Positions 1-8,825 of a stretch of DNA of 64,000 bases are shown here, piece after piece (position 1 is the first letter of the stretch; each line of letters starts with the position of its first letter). Location of the stretch: IMG/VR virus record IMGVR_UViG_3300031975_001631; one strand, given 5' to 3'. Below the pieces are notes generated by a model. It did not search any database. It worked only from the letters and a program-made list of their open reading frames with translations, and was not told the DNA's origin. The position numbers and the translations under genes were made by a program. Source of the stretch: a virus.

Positions 1-188
1 TCCCATATATTCTCTGCTTTCTCATTAATAATAAGATCGTGTGTTCCTTGATAATTAATGTCCCACAATCTACCTGCGGGATCTATCCAATACTGACACA
101 TGCAACACTCTAAATCCTTGGTCTGCAATTCTTTATGAAACCCAGCACCAAGGTCATAAGATGATTTTAGAGTATCAAACATGCCCAT
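1..188 (-). CDS. Conserved cyanophage hypothetical protein, partial (runs off the window edge): MGMFDTLKSSYDLGAGFHKELQTKDLEC...
   Basis: Hand translation; ATG at 188-186, open to position 1, directly downstream of the stop of ORF 190..894. Confidence 0.7.
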   Translation of the reverse strand, partial: MGMFDTLKSSYDLGAGFHKELQTKDLECCMCQYWIDPAGRLWDINYQGTHDLIINEKAENIW

Positions 189-189
189 G

Positions 190-894
190 TCATTGGTAGA
201 TATGAAACATCATACCGTGATAACCAGAGTTGTACTTCTTACCTGATCCTTTCATTTGCAGATGGAACAGTTTAACTCCTTCAGCGGTATAAAAATGTAG
301 TGTCGTATTATTTAGAACCCACTCTCCACCCTCACATAGCTTTTCAAGTTTTGCAATGTCAATGAAGCGCATTTGATCACTTTTCTTATTGCGCCATATC
401 ATCTGACTCACAGGATAACCATCATTAAGACCTTTACGAACAATCACATCAAAAATTGCCATCTTATTGGCGTTCATAAAGGTCATGAAGGCGTCTTTAA
501 TACCCTGAGGGATATTGTTAGCGTACACACGATTTTGACGAATCTCAGCGTCACTCAGAACGAGATCTTTATGGCGTAAAGAAATAGTAGACATACCATA
601 GTTATTAGGAACACCAAAGAACAACCTAATAAACAAAGCTGGAAAAGTCTCTTGAAGTCCAAAATACTCAATAAATTTACGAGAGGATAGTAATGCTACT
701 TGAGTATGATTCTTGCTTACATTCTTGACAGAATATGCAATACCAGAATCATTGTCATATACATCAACTTTGGTATCTGGGCGACCATTGACAACATGAT
801 CACCACCAAATATCTCATTTAGATACTCAGGCAAACTGTGCTCAAACTTGTGACCCTCAGTTTTAGCAAGTCGTCCTGCTTCAGTTGCGTTCAT
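190..894 (-). CDS. PD-(D/E)xK endonuclease, HinP1I/MspI-like type II restriction enzyme fold
   Basis: N-terminal G-x-x-A-K-x-x-G-x-x-x-E helix, KVDV...YSVK catalytic core, HTQV, and C-terminal FHLQMKGSG...MMFHI resemble HinP1I motifs (KSDI, IQVK, FNQI, TIQRKGGD, MLQFKI) as recalled. Confidence 0.65.
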   Translation of the reverse strand: MNATEAGRLAKTEGHKFEHSLPEYLNEIFGGDHVVNGRPDTKVDVYDNDSGIAYSVKNVSKNHTQVALLSSRKFIEYFGLQETFPALFIRLFFGVPNNYGMSTISLRHKDLVLSDAEIRQNRVYANNIPQGIKDAFMTFMNANKMAIFDVIVRKGLNDGYPVSQMIWRNKKSDQMRFIDIAKLEKLCEGGEWVLNNTTLHFYTAEGVKLFHLQMKGSGKKYNSGYHGMMFHIYQ

Positions 895-939
895 GGTTGC
901 CTGTCTTATGCCTATATTATAGCAATTAGAACCACGCTG

Positions 940-2358
940 TCACTTCTTCTTGGTCCGCTTCTTAAAGTGTCCATCCATCATCGAATCTAACACAATTTCA
1001 CCAAATTTCTCACTTGGTTCCCACAATGGTGACATGAGAGGATATTTGTTTGCATATGGAGCACCTAAACCATATACAGCTTGACAGAAACTTTGGTACG
1101 GACCTAACATTCTATATGGTTCATCTGACTCATCTGTCATTCTCTGACGCAGAAAGTATTTGTCATCTGCTTCTGCTTGATACCTGAAATAATCAAGTCT
1201 AATGTTTTCTTCCTCAGGGATCTCGTCTAATTTTACATATACTTCTCTACGCTCAGTTGAGTGAAGATCTTTATCTTCCAAGAGTCTACATGCTTTCTCT
1301 CTAGTTTGAACCCAGAAGTCAGAATGACGATACTTTGATCCAAACTGCAAGTAAAATGCCATGACTGCTGCTTGATCAATCTGACCATCTCTCCACCGAT
1401 CTTCTACCTCAAGACGCTGTATATTGTTACAAGGTTTTTCATCATCACCAAAGATAAATTCTCCTAATGCTTCACCTAAATCAGTCTCAACATAACTACG
1501 GAACCCAGTTAAGTCATCATTCATACCTAACGCACGACCACAACGGGCATACATTCTATTTTTGTTGACACAATAGTCAGATGTTTTATGATCTGATTCA
1601 GTTTTCTTATATGAACAGTGTTTTTTAACTGCACAATGAGTATTAAAATCTTCTACTGCTTGCTCTTCAGTTGTAATATCACTGTCATATGAATATATCC
1701 ATGTTTGTGCATCTTGTGTAGGAACACCAGTCAAATATCCATGCTCAGTAGCAATGTATGCAGTGTAATCCCAATCACCAGGAATCTTACGATTAACCGT
1801 TAGCTTTGTATCAGTTGGATTATATAATGCATCACTATATGACTCTTTATCCCACAGTCCACCTCTCACACAATCAACAATAAAATCAAACTCTTCACCA
1901 TCAATATATGCTTTTCTATCTTCTTCTGAGAACCCAATAGTTTCAACTCTTTTATCAATTAAGTTAAGATTAAAGTGTTGATTTTGGAGATTTTCCCAAT
2001 AGAACTCAACAAACTTACCTTCATCGATGTGCATTGAGATCTCGGTGGGATCAAACATGACAAAGAAGTTCTTATCAATTCTATTACCAAACCCAATAAA
2101 CTTTAACCCAAGTTTTTGAGTCGCATCAAATCTTTTATGAAAATCGAGTGTACTAATTGTGGTGTTGGTAGAAATAACAGTAAGCCAAAGTGTATTGACT
2201 TGCACTCCGAAGTTGTCAATTTTATGCGAGCAATCCCGTATCCATGTAATTTCGTCATCCTGGTATTCACTATCTTGTAGGTCTCTTCGCGAGATGAGTT
2301 GAGCAACAGTCGATACTGCATCTGCACCCGCACCGATGACAGCAATTTTCCTACTCAT
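940..2358 (-). CDS. Tryptophan-halogenase (PrnA)-like flavoprotein with degenerate motifs
   Basis: N-terminal Rossmann KIAVIGAGADA, DFIVDC motif and 472 aa length typical of cyanophage PrnA-like proteins; WxWxIP replaced by YLTGVP. Confidence 0.6.
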   Translation of the reverse strand: MSRKIAVIGAGADAVSTVAQLISRRDLQDSEYQDDEITWIRDCSHKIDNFGVQVNTLWLTVISTNTTISTLDFHKRFDATQKLGLKFIGFGNRIDKNFFVMFDPTEISMHIDEGKFVEFYWENLQNQHFNLNLIDKRVETIGFSEEDRKAYIDGEEFDFIVDCVRGGLWDKESYSDALYNPTDTKLTVNRKIPGDWDYTAYIATEHGYLTGVPTQDAQTWIYSYDSDITTEEQAVEDFNTHCAVKKHCSYKKTESDHKTSDYCVNKNRMYARCGRALGMNDDLTGFRSYVETDLGEALGEFIFGDDEKPCNNIQRLEVEDRWRDGQIDQAAVMAFYLQFGSKYRHSDFWVQTREKACRLLEDKDLHSTERREVYVKLDEIPEEENIRLDYFRYQAEADDKYFLRQRMTDESDEPYRMLGPYQSFCQAVYGLGAPYANKYPLMSPLWEPSEKFGEIVLDSMMDGHFKKRTKKK

Positions 2359-2384
2359 GCGTCTAAAATTATATCTTCGTCTAT

Positions 2385-2546
2385 TTAGTTAAAAACGGGT
2401 AGAATATCGTAGTCTTCAATTCCTTGCTCTTTTAGCACATTAATATACCAGATTACATCTTCTTGTCTGTAGAATACTGCCTTTTGAAATGAAGAGTATC
2501 CTTTCTTTGGGCGCTTCCAATGTAGAGCGAATTTCATTGAACTCAT
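2385..2546 (-). CDS. Small conserved hypothetical protein (MSSMKFALHWKRPKKGYSS...)
   Basis: ORF track 2385..2642 trimmed to an internal ATG that avoids overlap with the upstream gene. Confidence 0.6.
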   Translation of the reverse strand: MSSMKFALHWKRPKKGYSSFQKAVFYRQEDVIWYINVLKEQGIEDYDILPVFN

Positions 2547-2580
2547 AGCTATAGTTGTGCTGAACTTCGACAAAGTTACT

Positions 2581-3759
2581 CTACTTGGAATTCCAGGTCT
2601 TGTCAACCGTAATGTTAGCAAGACGAAACTCATCGTCAACAAACTTCATCATTGACTTGTCATTGTGAACAACATATCCCTCAGGACTTGTGGGAGTTTG
2701 ACCGATAAATGTCTTGATAGTGCGAACTTTGTTGAGTTGGTCAATGACCATTTTCTTAGCAGTACGAATAGAAATATACGCGGCAATCAAGAAGTACAAC
2801 TCACGACGATACATAGCGATGAACATGAGACCATCAGTCTCCATGTTTTCGTATTTTTTCTGAGTTGCAGCAGTTTTCTTCTTGCCCCTCTCAGTTTGAA
2901 TAGCAACTCTGTAGAATTGTGCAAACTCAGCAACCATTGTCTTGGCATTGACAACACCACGACCACCACGGATACGCTGATTGAAGAACTTTTTGAGAAG
3001 AAGGTGCATCATTAGGTTAGATTTACCTTGACCTTGTAGGATGTCAAGAAACTTAGAAGATTGCTTTAGCGCACCTTGTGCGAGATTGATGTGAGCATTG
3101 AATGTATACAGATCTCTTTCATCAAAAAGAGAAGCACCAGTGGCATCAATAAAATTCGCACTGGCAACAAAAACATCCTCAGTAGAATGATACTTAGGGG
3201 CTTTTTTGAGAGGTACAACTTCCGCAGTCTGTAGAGTATCGCCCTTGTATTTTGTATGAAATACGATTCCAAGTTTGGAAAGATGAACGACAGAACCTGT
3301 ACGGGAATGACGATCAACAGCATAAGTAATAGTATTAGGAGTGAAACAAATAACTCTGTTTCCACCGACAATACCGCTTCTCTTGTCTTCTTGAGTGAAT
3401 AGTAAGTCACCTTGAACAATACCAGAGATATTAAGTTGAGGAAGATATTCTAGACAATCTTTGAGCTTTGATGCAAGTTGACCGTTGTAAAAACGATCTA
3501 CATCAGTGTCATCAAAACAAATTTTAGGATTGACTTTGTTGAATACTGATTTAGTACCGACAAAGAAACGACCACTGACAGGTTCAGTGCCACAAATAAT
3601 AGCTGGGGCACCATCCCACTTGGTAGTGATATTTAAGTCACTGGACTTGCCAGATAACATATCACTGAACTGTCGGAGGAAAGTAACAACATTGAAACCG
3701 CCAGCAGTGCCGCTGTTCAGGATCTCGTCTTCTAGGTGCTCAAGGTGGGTGTTTTTCAT
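2581..3759 (-). CDS. Conserved cyanophage protein (DUF6267-like) with covalent nucleotidyltransferase/ligase motifs
   Basis: TKWDG (motif I), QGDLLF (III), EGYVV (IV), MKFV (V) in the correct order. Confidence 0.6.
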   Translation of the reverse strand: MKNTHLEHLEDEILNSGTAGGFNVVTFLRQFSDMLSGKSSDLNITTKWDGAPAIICGTEPVSGRFFVGTKSVFNKVNPKICFDDTDVDRFYNGQLASKLKDCLEYLPQLNISGIVQGDLLFTQEDKRSGIVGGNRVICFTPNTITYAVDRHSRTGSVVHLSKLGIVFHTKYKGDTLQTAEVVPLKKAPKYHSTEDVFVASANFIDATGASLFDERDLYTFNAHINLAQGALKQSSKFLDILQGQGKSNLMMHLLLKKFFNQRIRGGRGVVNAKTMVAEFAQFYRVAIQTERGKKKTAATQKKYENMETDGLMFIAMYRRELYFLIAAYISIRTAKKMVIDQLNKVRTIKTFIGQTPTSPEGYVVHNDKSMMKFVDDEFRLANITVDKTWNSK

Positions 3760-3811
3760 GTCCTTATTATAGCGTCTGTGGGGCGCTGTGGGGGCGTTAG
3801 TGGACAGTTCT

Positions 3812-4414
3812 TCATCTGAACCCAGGACCAGTCGCCCAGACCACTAGAGAGCGTCTTGTGCCCCTAGTGATAGGTGTTACACGATGTAAAACATAGCTAG
3901 GAAATACTGTTACTATTCCTCTGTCATTTGCAATTGTATGAACTTCTCCATCATTAACTTGAAGTTCTCCACCATCATAATCATCAGGATCAGTTAGTTG
4001 TATTGACATGCTCAACTTTCTAGGTGGAGCATCACCAAGTATCATATTATCTACATGCCAACGATAGAAAGACTTATCATCATTGTAAACAGTATATTGA
4101 AGATGCTCATGAAATCCATGAAGATCAAATCTCCAGTGCATACCATTCATACACCTAAGAATATTTCCTAGCCTGTCATATATCCATTCAGTCTCATCAT
4201 TTAGCTCAATCCATGAGTTTTTAGATTTTCTAATACTTTCTACTACTTCATTAGATTCATCATCAACACCAACTATGGATGCTTGAGGATTTAATGACTC
4301 ACCATATCTAATAATTCTGTCACACTCTTGTGGGGTGAATCCTTCTACCCAAGTTTCATATAAAATCTCCCCCATACCGAAATTGGGTGAGGGGGATAGA
4401 CGATAAATTGACAT
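3812..4414 (-). CDS. 2OG-Fe(II) oxygenase, PKHD/prolyl-4-hydroxylase-like
   Basis: WHVD (HxD), RKLSMSIQL, YDGGEL, LHRVTPITRGTRRSLVVW. Confidence 0.9.
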   Translation of the reverse strand: MSIYRLSPSPNFGMGEILYETWVEGFTPQECDRIIRYGESLNPQASIVGVDDESNEVVESIRKSKNSWIELNDETEWIYDRLGNILRCMNGMHWRFDLHGFHEHLQYTVYNDDKSFYRWHVDNMILGDAPPRKLSMSIQLTDPDDYDGGELQVNDGEVHTIANDRGIVTVFPSYVLHRVTPITRGTRRSLVVWATGPGFR

Positions 4415-4423
4415 AATAAAAAA

Positions 4424-6067
4424 TTAGTAAATTATTCTAATATCTCCGCCGTTGGGAATAACTTCATACTTATCACCATTAACAGCGCGACCACCTTTAC
4501 CGCCAGCAGCACCACCAAACGCATCTTGACCCCAAGTGCCTCCAGATCCTCCTGGTTGTCCCGGTTGTCCTGGTTGTCCCGGAGTGCCTGCATTTCCAGG
4601 TGTTCCTGGTTGTCCAGGCTGTCCGCTTGCACCTCTACCGCCTGGTGTCCCTGGTTGTCCGGGTTGACCTGATCCGCCTGGTTGTCCCGGAGTACCAGCA
4701 CCACAAGATGCAGGAGTACCAGCACCACCGCCGAAGCCACCACCACCACCCTGGCCAGGGGTTCCGGGTTGACCTGATCCGCCGCTGCCGCCTGGTGTCC
4801 CTGATCCACCACCACCACCGGGTGTGCCAGGAATGCCGGGTGTGCCAGGTTGTCCAGTGATATTGCCTGTTTTGTAGTTCCAACCGCGACCGGGAGCACC
4901 TACACCAAGTTGACCGCCACCGCCACCAGTGCCATTATAACCAGATGGACCACCAGCACCGCCGCCGCCACCTGATCCGCCAGCACCGCCCCATCCACGA
5001 CCGCCGCCGTAGCCGCCGCCACCGCCGGATCCACCTTGACCGCCAGAACAGTGCTTTCTATTTCTTTCAGTGTTTCTTCTTCTTTCAGTCCTTCTATTCT
5101 GATAACCTTGCCTATCCTGTTTTGGCCCTCTTCTACTTCTTGGCCATCCACCATATCTTTTCCTTCTAGTCCTTCTATTTCTTTCACCTCTTCTATTCTG
5201 ATAAGCTTGTCTTGCTTGATATGTTGATCTTTGCTGACCACCAGATCCAGGAGATCCAGGTTGACCAGAGGCACCGGGTGATCCATTGCTACCATTACTA
5301 CCACTACCACCAGGGCTACCGGGTGATCCAGGAGATCCAGAAGATGCACCACTACCGGGTGATCCAGGAGATCCATCAACTCCAGTTTTTCCACCACCGC
5401 CACCGGCATAAATGCGAGCGTCTGATCCTTCGCACTCTACAAATACCTTACGGAGTGAAGGAGCTCCAGGATTAGATACTTGAACAGCATCACCGCCAGG
5501 TTGACCACCTAATGCACCACCAGCAGAATAAATGCCATAAGATGGTGGAGAATTGTTTACATAGATGTTGAGATTTGATGACGGATCATCAGCAATAACA
5601 GCAGGAGTTGCAACACTTGTACTAATAATCCTACCCTTTAACCTCAAATATTTTGTGATATTTCTATTAAGGTTACCACCCCAAGTTGCATCAACACTAG
5701 GAGTAGAGGGACTATTCAGATCAGTAACATTAAAGTTCTCTTCCTCTGAATTTGCTGCCTGTTCGACCACATACTCATCAATAATACCTCTAAGATCTTG
5801 AGGTGTAATAGCTCCAGTCGTACCAACGCCTACATTTTCAACTGCATCTAAAACATATGGTAAGTGTGGCGTTCCTGTAGAAGTAGCATATTTTCCCTGG
5901 TTAAAATCATATGGTGCATCAAGATCTGTAACTCGATGCATCTCAGATGCAGAGATTGAAGCAGAAGTATTACCTACTGCTGCCCTAACTTCGCCATATG
6001 ATATTTGTGTGCCAGGTGTACCTGTCAGGAGTTGTTGAGTTTTTGTGCTCCAATCTCCGTAAGCCAT
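4424..6067 (-). CDS. Glycine-rich tail adhesin, T-even gp38-like, expanded with Gly-X-Pro repeats and an Arg-rich insert
   Basis: YSAGG...GGDAV, IYAGGGGG and C-terminal GGAAGGKGGRAV...GGDIR resemble gp38 glycine-rich motifs; 547 aa; lies downstream of tail fibre genes. Confidence 0.6.
   Translation of the reverse strand: MAYGDWSTKTQQLLTGTPGTQISYGEVRAAVGNTSASISASEMHRVTDLDAPYDFNQGKYATSTGTPHLPYVLDAVENVGVGTTGAITPQDLRGIIDEYVVEQAANSEEENFNVTDLNSPSTPSVDATWGGNLNRNITKYLRLKGRIISTSVATPAVIADDPSSNLNIYVNNSPPSYGIYSAGGALGGQPGGDAVQVSNPGAPSLRKVFVECEGSDARIYAGGGGGKTGVDGSPGSPGSGASSGSPGSPGSPGGSGSNGSNGSPGASGQPGSPGSGGQQRSTYQARQAYQNRRGERNRRTRRKRYGGWPRSRRGPKQDRQGYQNRRTERRRNTERNRKHCSGGQGGSGGGGGYGGGRGWGGAGGSGGGGGAGGPSGYNGTGGGGGQLGVGAPGRGWNYKTGNITGQPGTPGIPGTPGGGGGSGTPGGSGGSGQPGTPGQGGGGGFGGGAGTPASCGAGTPGQPGGSGQPGQPGTPGGRGASGQPGQPGTPGNAGTPGQPGQPGQPGGSGGTWGQDAFGGAAGGKGGRAVNGDKYEVIPNGGDIRIIY
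4530..5400 (-). repeat. Low-complexity Gly-X-Y codon repeats (GQP/GTP/GSP/GGS)
   Basis: Recurring cctggttgtcc/ccggttgtcc/ccaggagatcc units on the plus strand; runs of about 12-17 Gly-X-Y triplets. Confidence 0.9.
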
Positions 6068-6077
6068 ATATCAATCC

Positions 6078-8798
6078 CTAGGAAAGTGTAAATGTAACCG
6101 AACCAATACCAGCAACTGTGATATACACTTTAGTCGGATCGGATGCGTCCTGCTCAATATTTAGGGCTGAAGTTCCAGAAGACACAAAGGATCTGAAGAT
6201 ACTCGCATCAGTTGCACTGGAACCCTGTTGAGTTGCATATTGGTGCTTATTATATGCCTTGTTATAGATCATATGTGCAGTACCAAATCCGGTAGCACTT
6301 ACACCGAACTCAGATCCAGGTTGAACAAGATTGTCAACATTATTATTAATCTGAGTTGCTCTATCAGCATCGTTTTCGACGATACCGCCAAGGTATCCAA
6401 GTTCCTCAAGATACGAGACAGGATCATGAGTTTCATTAATAACAGTCTTAATACCAACAGGATTATTCAACCTATCTTCATAGAATAATTGGTTGACATT
6501 TGAATTAATATCAAACCACAAACATCCTGGTTGTGTACCATCTGGGGTAGAATCATTTTGTCTGGAAAGAATAATACTACCGCTAGATTCTCCTAGGTCA
6601 AGAGTAGAGTTTGGAAGTGCAGTATCAAATCCAACTCTAACTGGTCCACCATCAGTGCCACCAGTGCCTGTGTAATTGCTAAAGAATTTTGTGGTTTTAT
6701 AAATTTCAACTGCATTACTGTCATTGAGACCAAATTTAGTACCAATGCCAACACCAGACTCAAAGAGAGCTTCTCCACCAATAAAGTCACCGCTAGGGCT
6801 TCTTCTTAATCCAACATAAAGATCTACATTAGAATCTCTCTTACCGGAAGTTGATCCAATACCAATACCAGCTTCACCAAGCATGGCAATCTCAGCATTA
6901 TCAAATAATGCAATTCCTTCCTGAACAGGAATACCTGAGAGAGTAGTATTGAATCCGATTCTAGTAATCAGCAGGTTTGTCCCTGCACCATCAGTAATAT
7001 CTAAGTTTGCAACTGTGGTAACACCTGCATTTGCAACCATAAATTGGCATTCAACACCTTCGGTAACTTGAAGACTGCCACATGTGACAAGACCACTATT
7101 GGCATTTAATGTAACAGCTCCAAAGGTGCAAATACCACCGCCAGTAAAGTTAAAAGTATTGTTGATGTTAATAACATCTGTATTGACAGTATTAGTTGTG
7201 ATAATACCACTTAGATTAGCAAATACTGTACCAGATGCAGAAACTACTGTGGTTAGATCACCAAAGACTAAAGTATCTGTAAGAATTCTACATGTGCCAC
7301 CGATATTGACTTGCTTGAATGATGCAGAGTCTCCACCAGTTTGAGTAATATCCCCGGTAAATGTTGTGTCATCAAGAATTGCACTAGATCCTGGTACACA
7401 AGAGACAATGCCAAGTACAACTAACTCAGTAGCAGTAACATCACTAATATTTACAGATCCGCCAAATGTACCACCGATTGAAAGATCGCCACCAACAGTT
7501 AAGTTACCAGCAAATGTGCCATCACCATCAATATCAGCATCACCCCTAACACCAAGACCTTTACCAAGTGCAGAACTTGTTGTGCCCACACCCACGAAGT
7601 TGGATACAAGTATCTCACCACCAAATGTAGAAATACCAGTGTTTCTAATAAAGATGCTGTTAATTCCAAGAGAATCAATCTGATCAACACTAATATCAGG
7701 TACACCAGTTAATCCTTGCGCCAAACCTGCGACACCAGTAATATCACCGATAACATCGCCAATGAATCCACCAGCAGCACCAAGCGAACCGCTAAATGTA
7801 CCTGTGCCGACCACATCGAGATCAAAATTGGGATCAACTCTAGATTTACCAATACCAATCTTACCCTCACTAGTAACAACTACTCTAGGCTTATTCTTAA
7901 TAGCATCTGGATCTAAATCATCTTGTCCCCAGAACTCAACTTGTCCAATTGGGGTATTACCTACACCAGTTACGGCACCGTTGAAAAGAATTGCTTGTCT
8001 TGGAATAGCACCACTTGTTTCAATAAACCTGATGCCATGACGACTATCTGAGTTGGCTACGGTTCCAATGAAAGTAATACTATTCTCATCATTAGTAAAT
8101 GTTAATCCACGATCAGTACCAATCATGGCACCTGATGACATATTTAATCCACTAAATGAACCAATACCAGTCAGTTCAATGTTACCACTACCAGTGATAG
8201 TTTGAACACCAACAATATCACCAACCATGTTGATGTTACCTTGCTGGGCATTACCAGTAAGTGTAATGTTCTTTGCACTCAGCCCCTCAAATGTACCAAC
8301 ACCACTAATAGCATCAAGTTTAATAATATCACCAACAGCAAAATCTGCCTGTGGGAATGTTACAGATACACCAACAGGTCTAAACGCATAGATTGTTGAT
8401 CCTACTCCAGGATTATCATTATCCCATACAGATGTAGGAAGATTAATCAATCCAGATCCATCACCTTCAAATTTAACAGCTGTTACAGTACCTGCGACTG
8501 ATATTGTGACACCTGTTGTTCCTACACCAACCTGAAATTCTGCTTCAGGTACTGTTGTACCAATTCCAACTGAATATCCTACAGCAACATTAATATTGCC
8601 ATAATGTGTTTGATATCCAATTACATTGACATCTCTAAAATTAGCTTGATTTTCGACAATCAAGTTTCCACGAATGTCCAGCTGCTCTCTTGGAATGGTT
8701 GTGCCGATACCGACTAGACCATTATTGGAGATTAGATCATCTGCATCAACCTGAATGCCATCTCTGAAGTTGATAATTGTCTTGTAATTATTAGGCAT
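6078..8798 (-). CDS. Tail fibre / virion structural protein
   Basis: Repeated VGIGTT/VGVGTT and beta-rich G/T/V/I composition typical of cyanomyovirus fibres; 906 aa. Confidence 0.75.
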   Translation of the reverse strand: MPNNYKTIINFRDGIQVDADDLISNNGLVGIGTTIPREQLDIRGNLIVENQANFRDVNVIGYQTHYGNINVAVGYSVGIGTTVPEAEFQVGVGTTGVTISVAGTVTAVKFEGDGSGLINLPTSVWDNDNPGVGSTIYAFRPVGVSVTFPQADFAVGDIIKLDAISGVGTFEGLSAKNITLTGNAQQGNINMVGDIVGVQTITGSGNIELTGIGSFSGLNMSSGAMIGTDRGLTFTNDENSITFIGTVANSDSRHGIRFIETSGAIPRQAILFNGAVTGVGNTPIGQVEFWGQDDLDPDAIKNKPRVVVTSEGKIGIGKSRVDPNFDLDVVGTGTFSGSLGAAGGFIGDVIGDITGVAGLAQGLTGVPDISVDQIDSLGINSIFIRNTGISTFGGEILVSNFVGVGTTSSALGKGLGVRGDADIDGDGTFAGNLTVGGDLSIGGTFGGSVNISDVTATELVVLGIVSCVPGSSAILDDTTFTGDITQTGGDSASFKQVNIGGTCRILTDTLVFGDLTTVVSASGTVFANLSGIITTNTVNTDVININNTFNFTGGGICTFGAVTLNANSGLVTCGSLQVTEGVECQFMVANAGVTTVANLDITDGAGTNLLITRIGFNTTLSGIPVQEGIALFDNAEIAMLGEAGIGIGSTSGKRDSNVDLYVGLRRSPSGDFIGGEALFESGVGIGTKFGLNDSNAVEIYKTTKFFSNYTGTGGTDGGPVRVGFDTALPNSTLDLGESSGSIILSRQNDSTPDGTQPGCLWFDINSNVNQLFYEDRLNNPVGIKTVINETHDPVSYLEELGYLGGIVENDADRATQINNNVDNLVQPGSEFGVSATGFGTAHMIYNKAYNKHQYATQQGSSATDASIFRSFVSSGTSALNIEQDASDPTKVYITVAGIGSVTFTLS

Positions 8799-8825
8799 TA
8801 TCTTTTAGTGGCAAGACCTTTTTAC

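Noticed and set aside
916-943. Sigma70 promoter for the endonuclease (GTGACA-N16-TATAAT)
   Set aside because: Good -10 but imperfect -35 and short spacer; plausible but not supported well enough to list as a feature
4530-5400. CRISPR-like or VNTR array
   Set aside because: Repeats are 9-nt in-frame codon units with no spacers
4432-5475. Multiple overlapping ORFs (4432..4899, 4635..4883, 4900..5409 and plus-strand ORFs)
   Set aside because: Expected stop-free shadow frames of Gly/Pro codon repeats; no independent start signals
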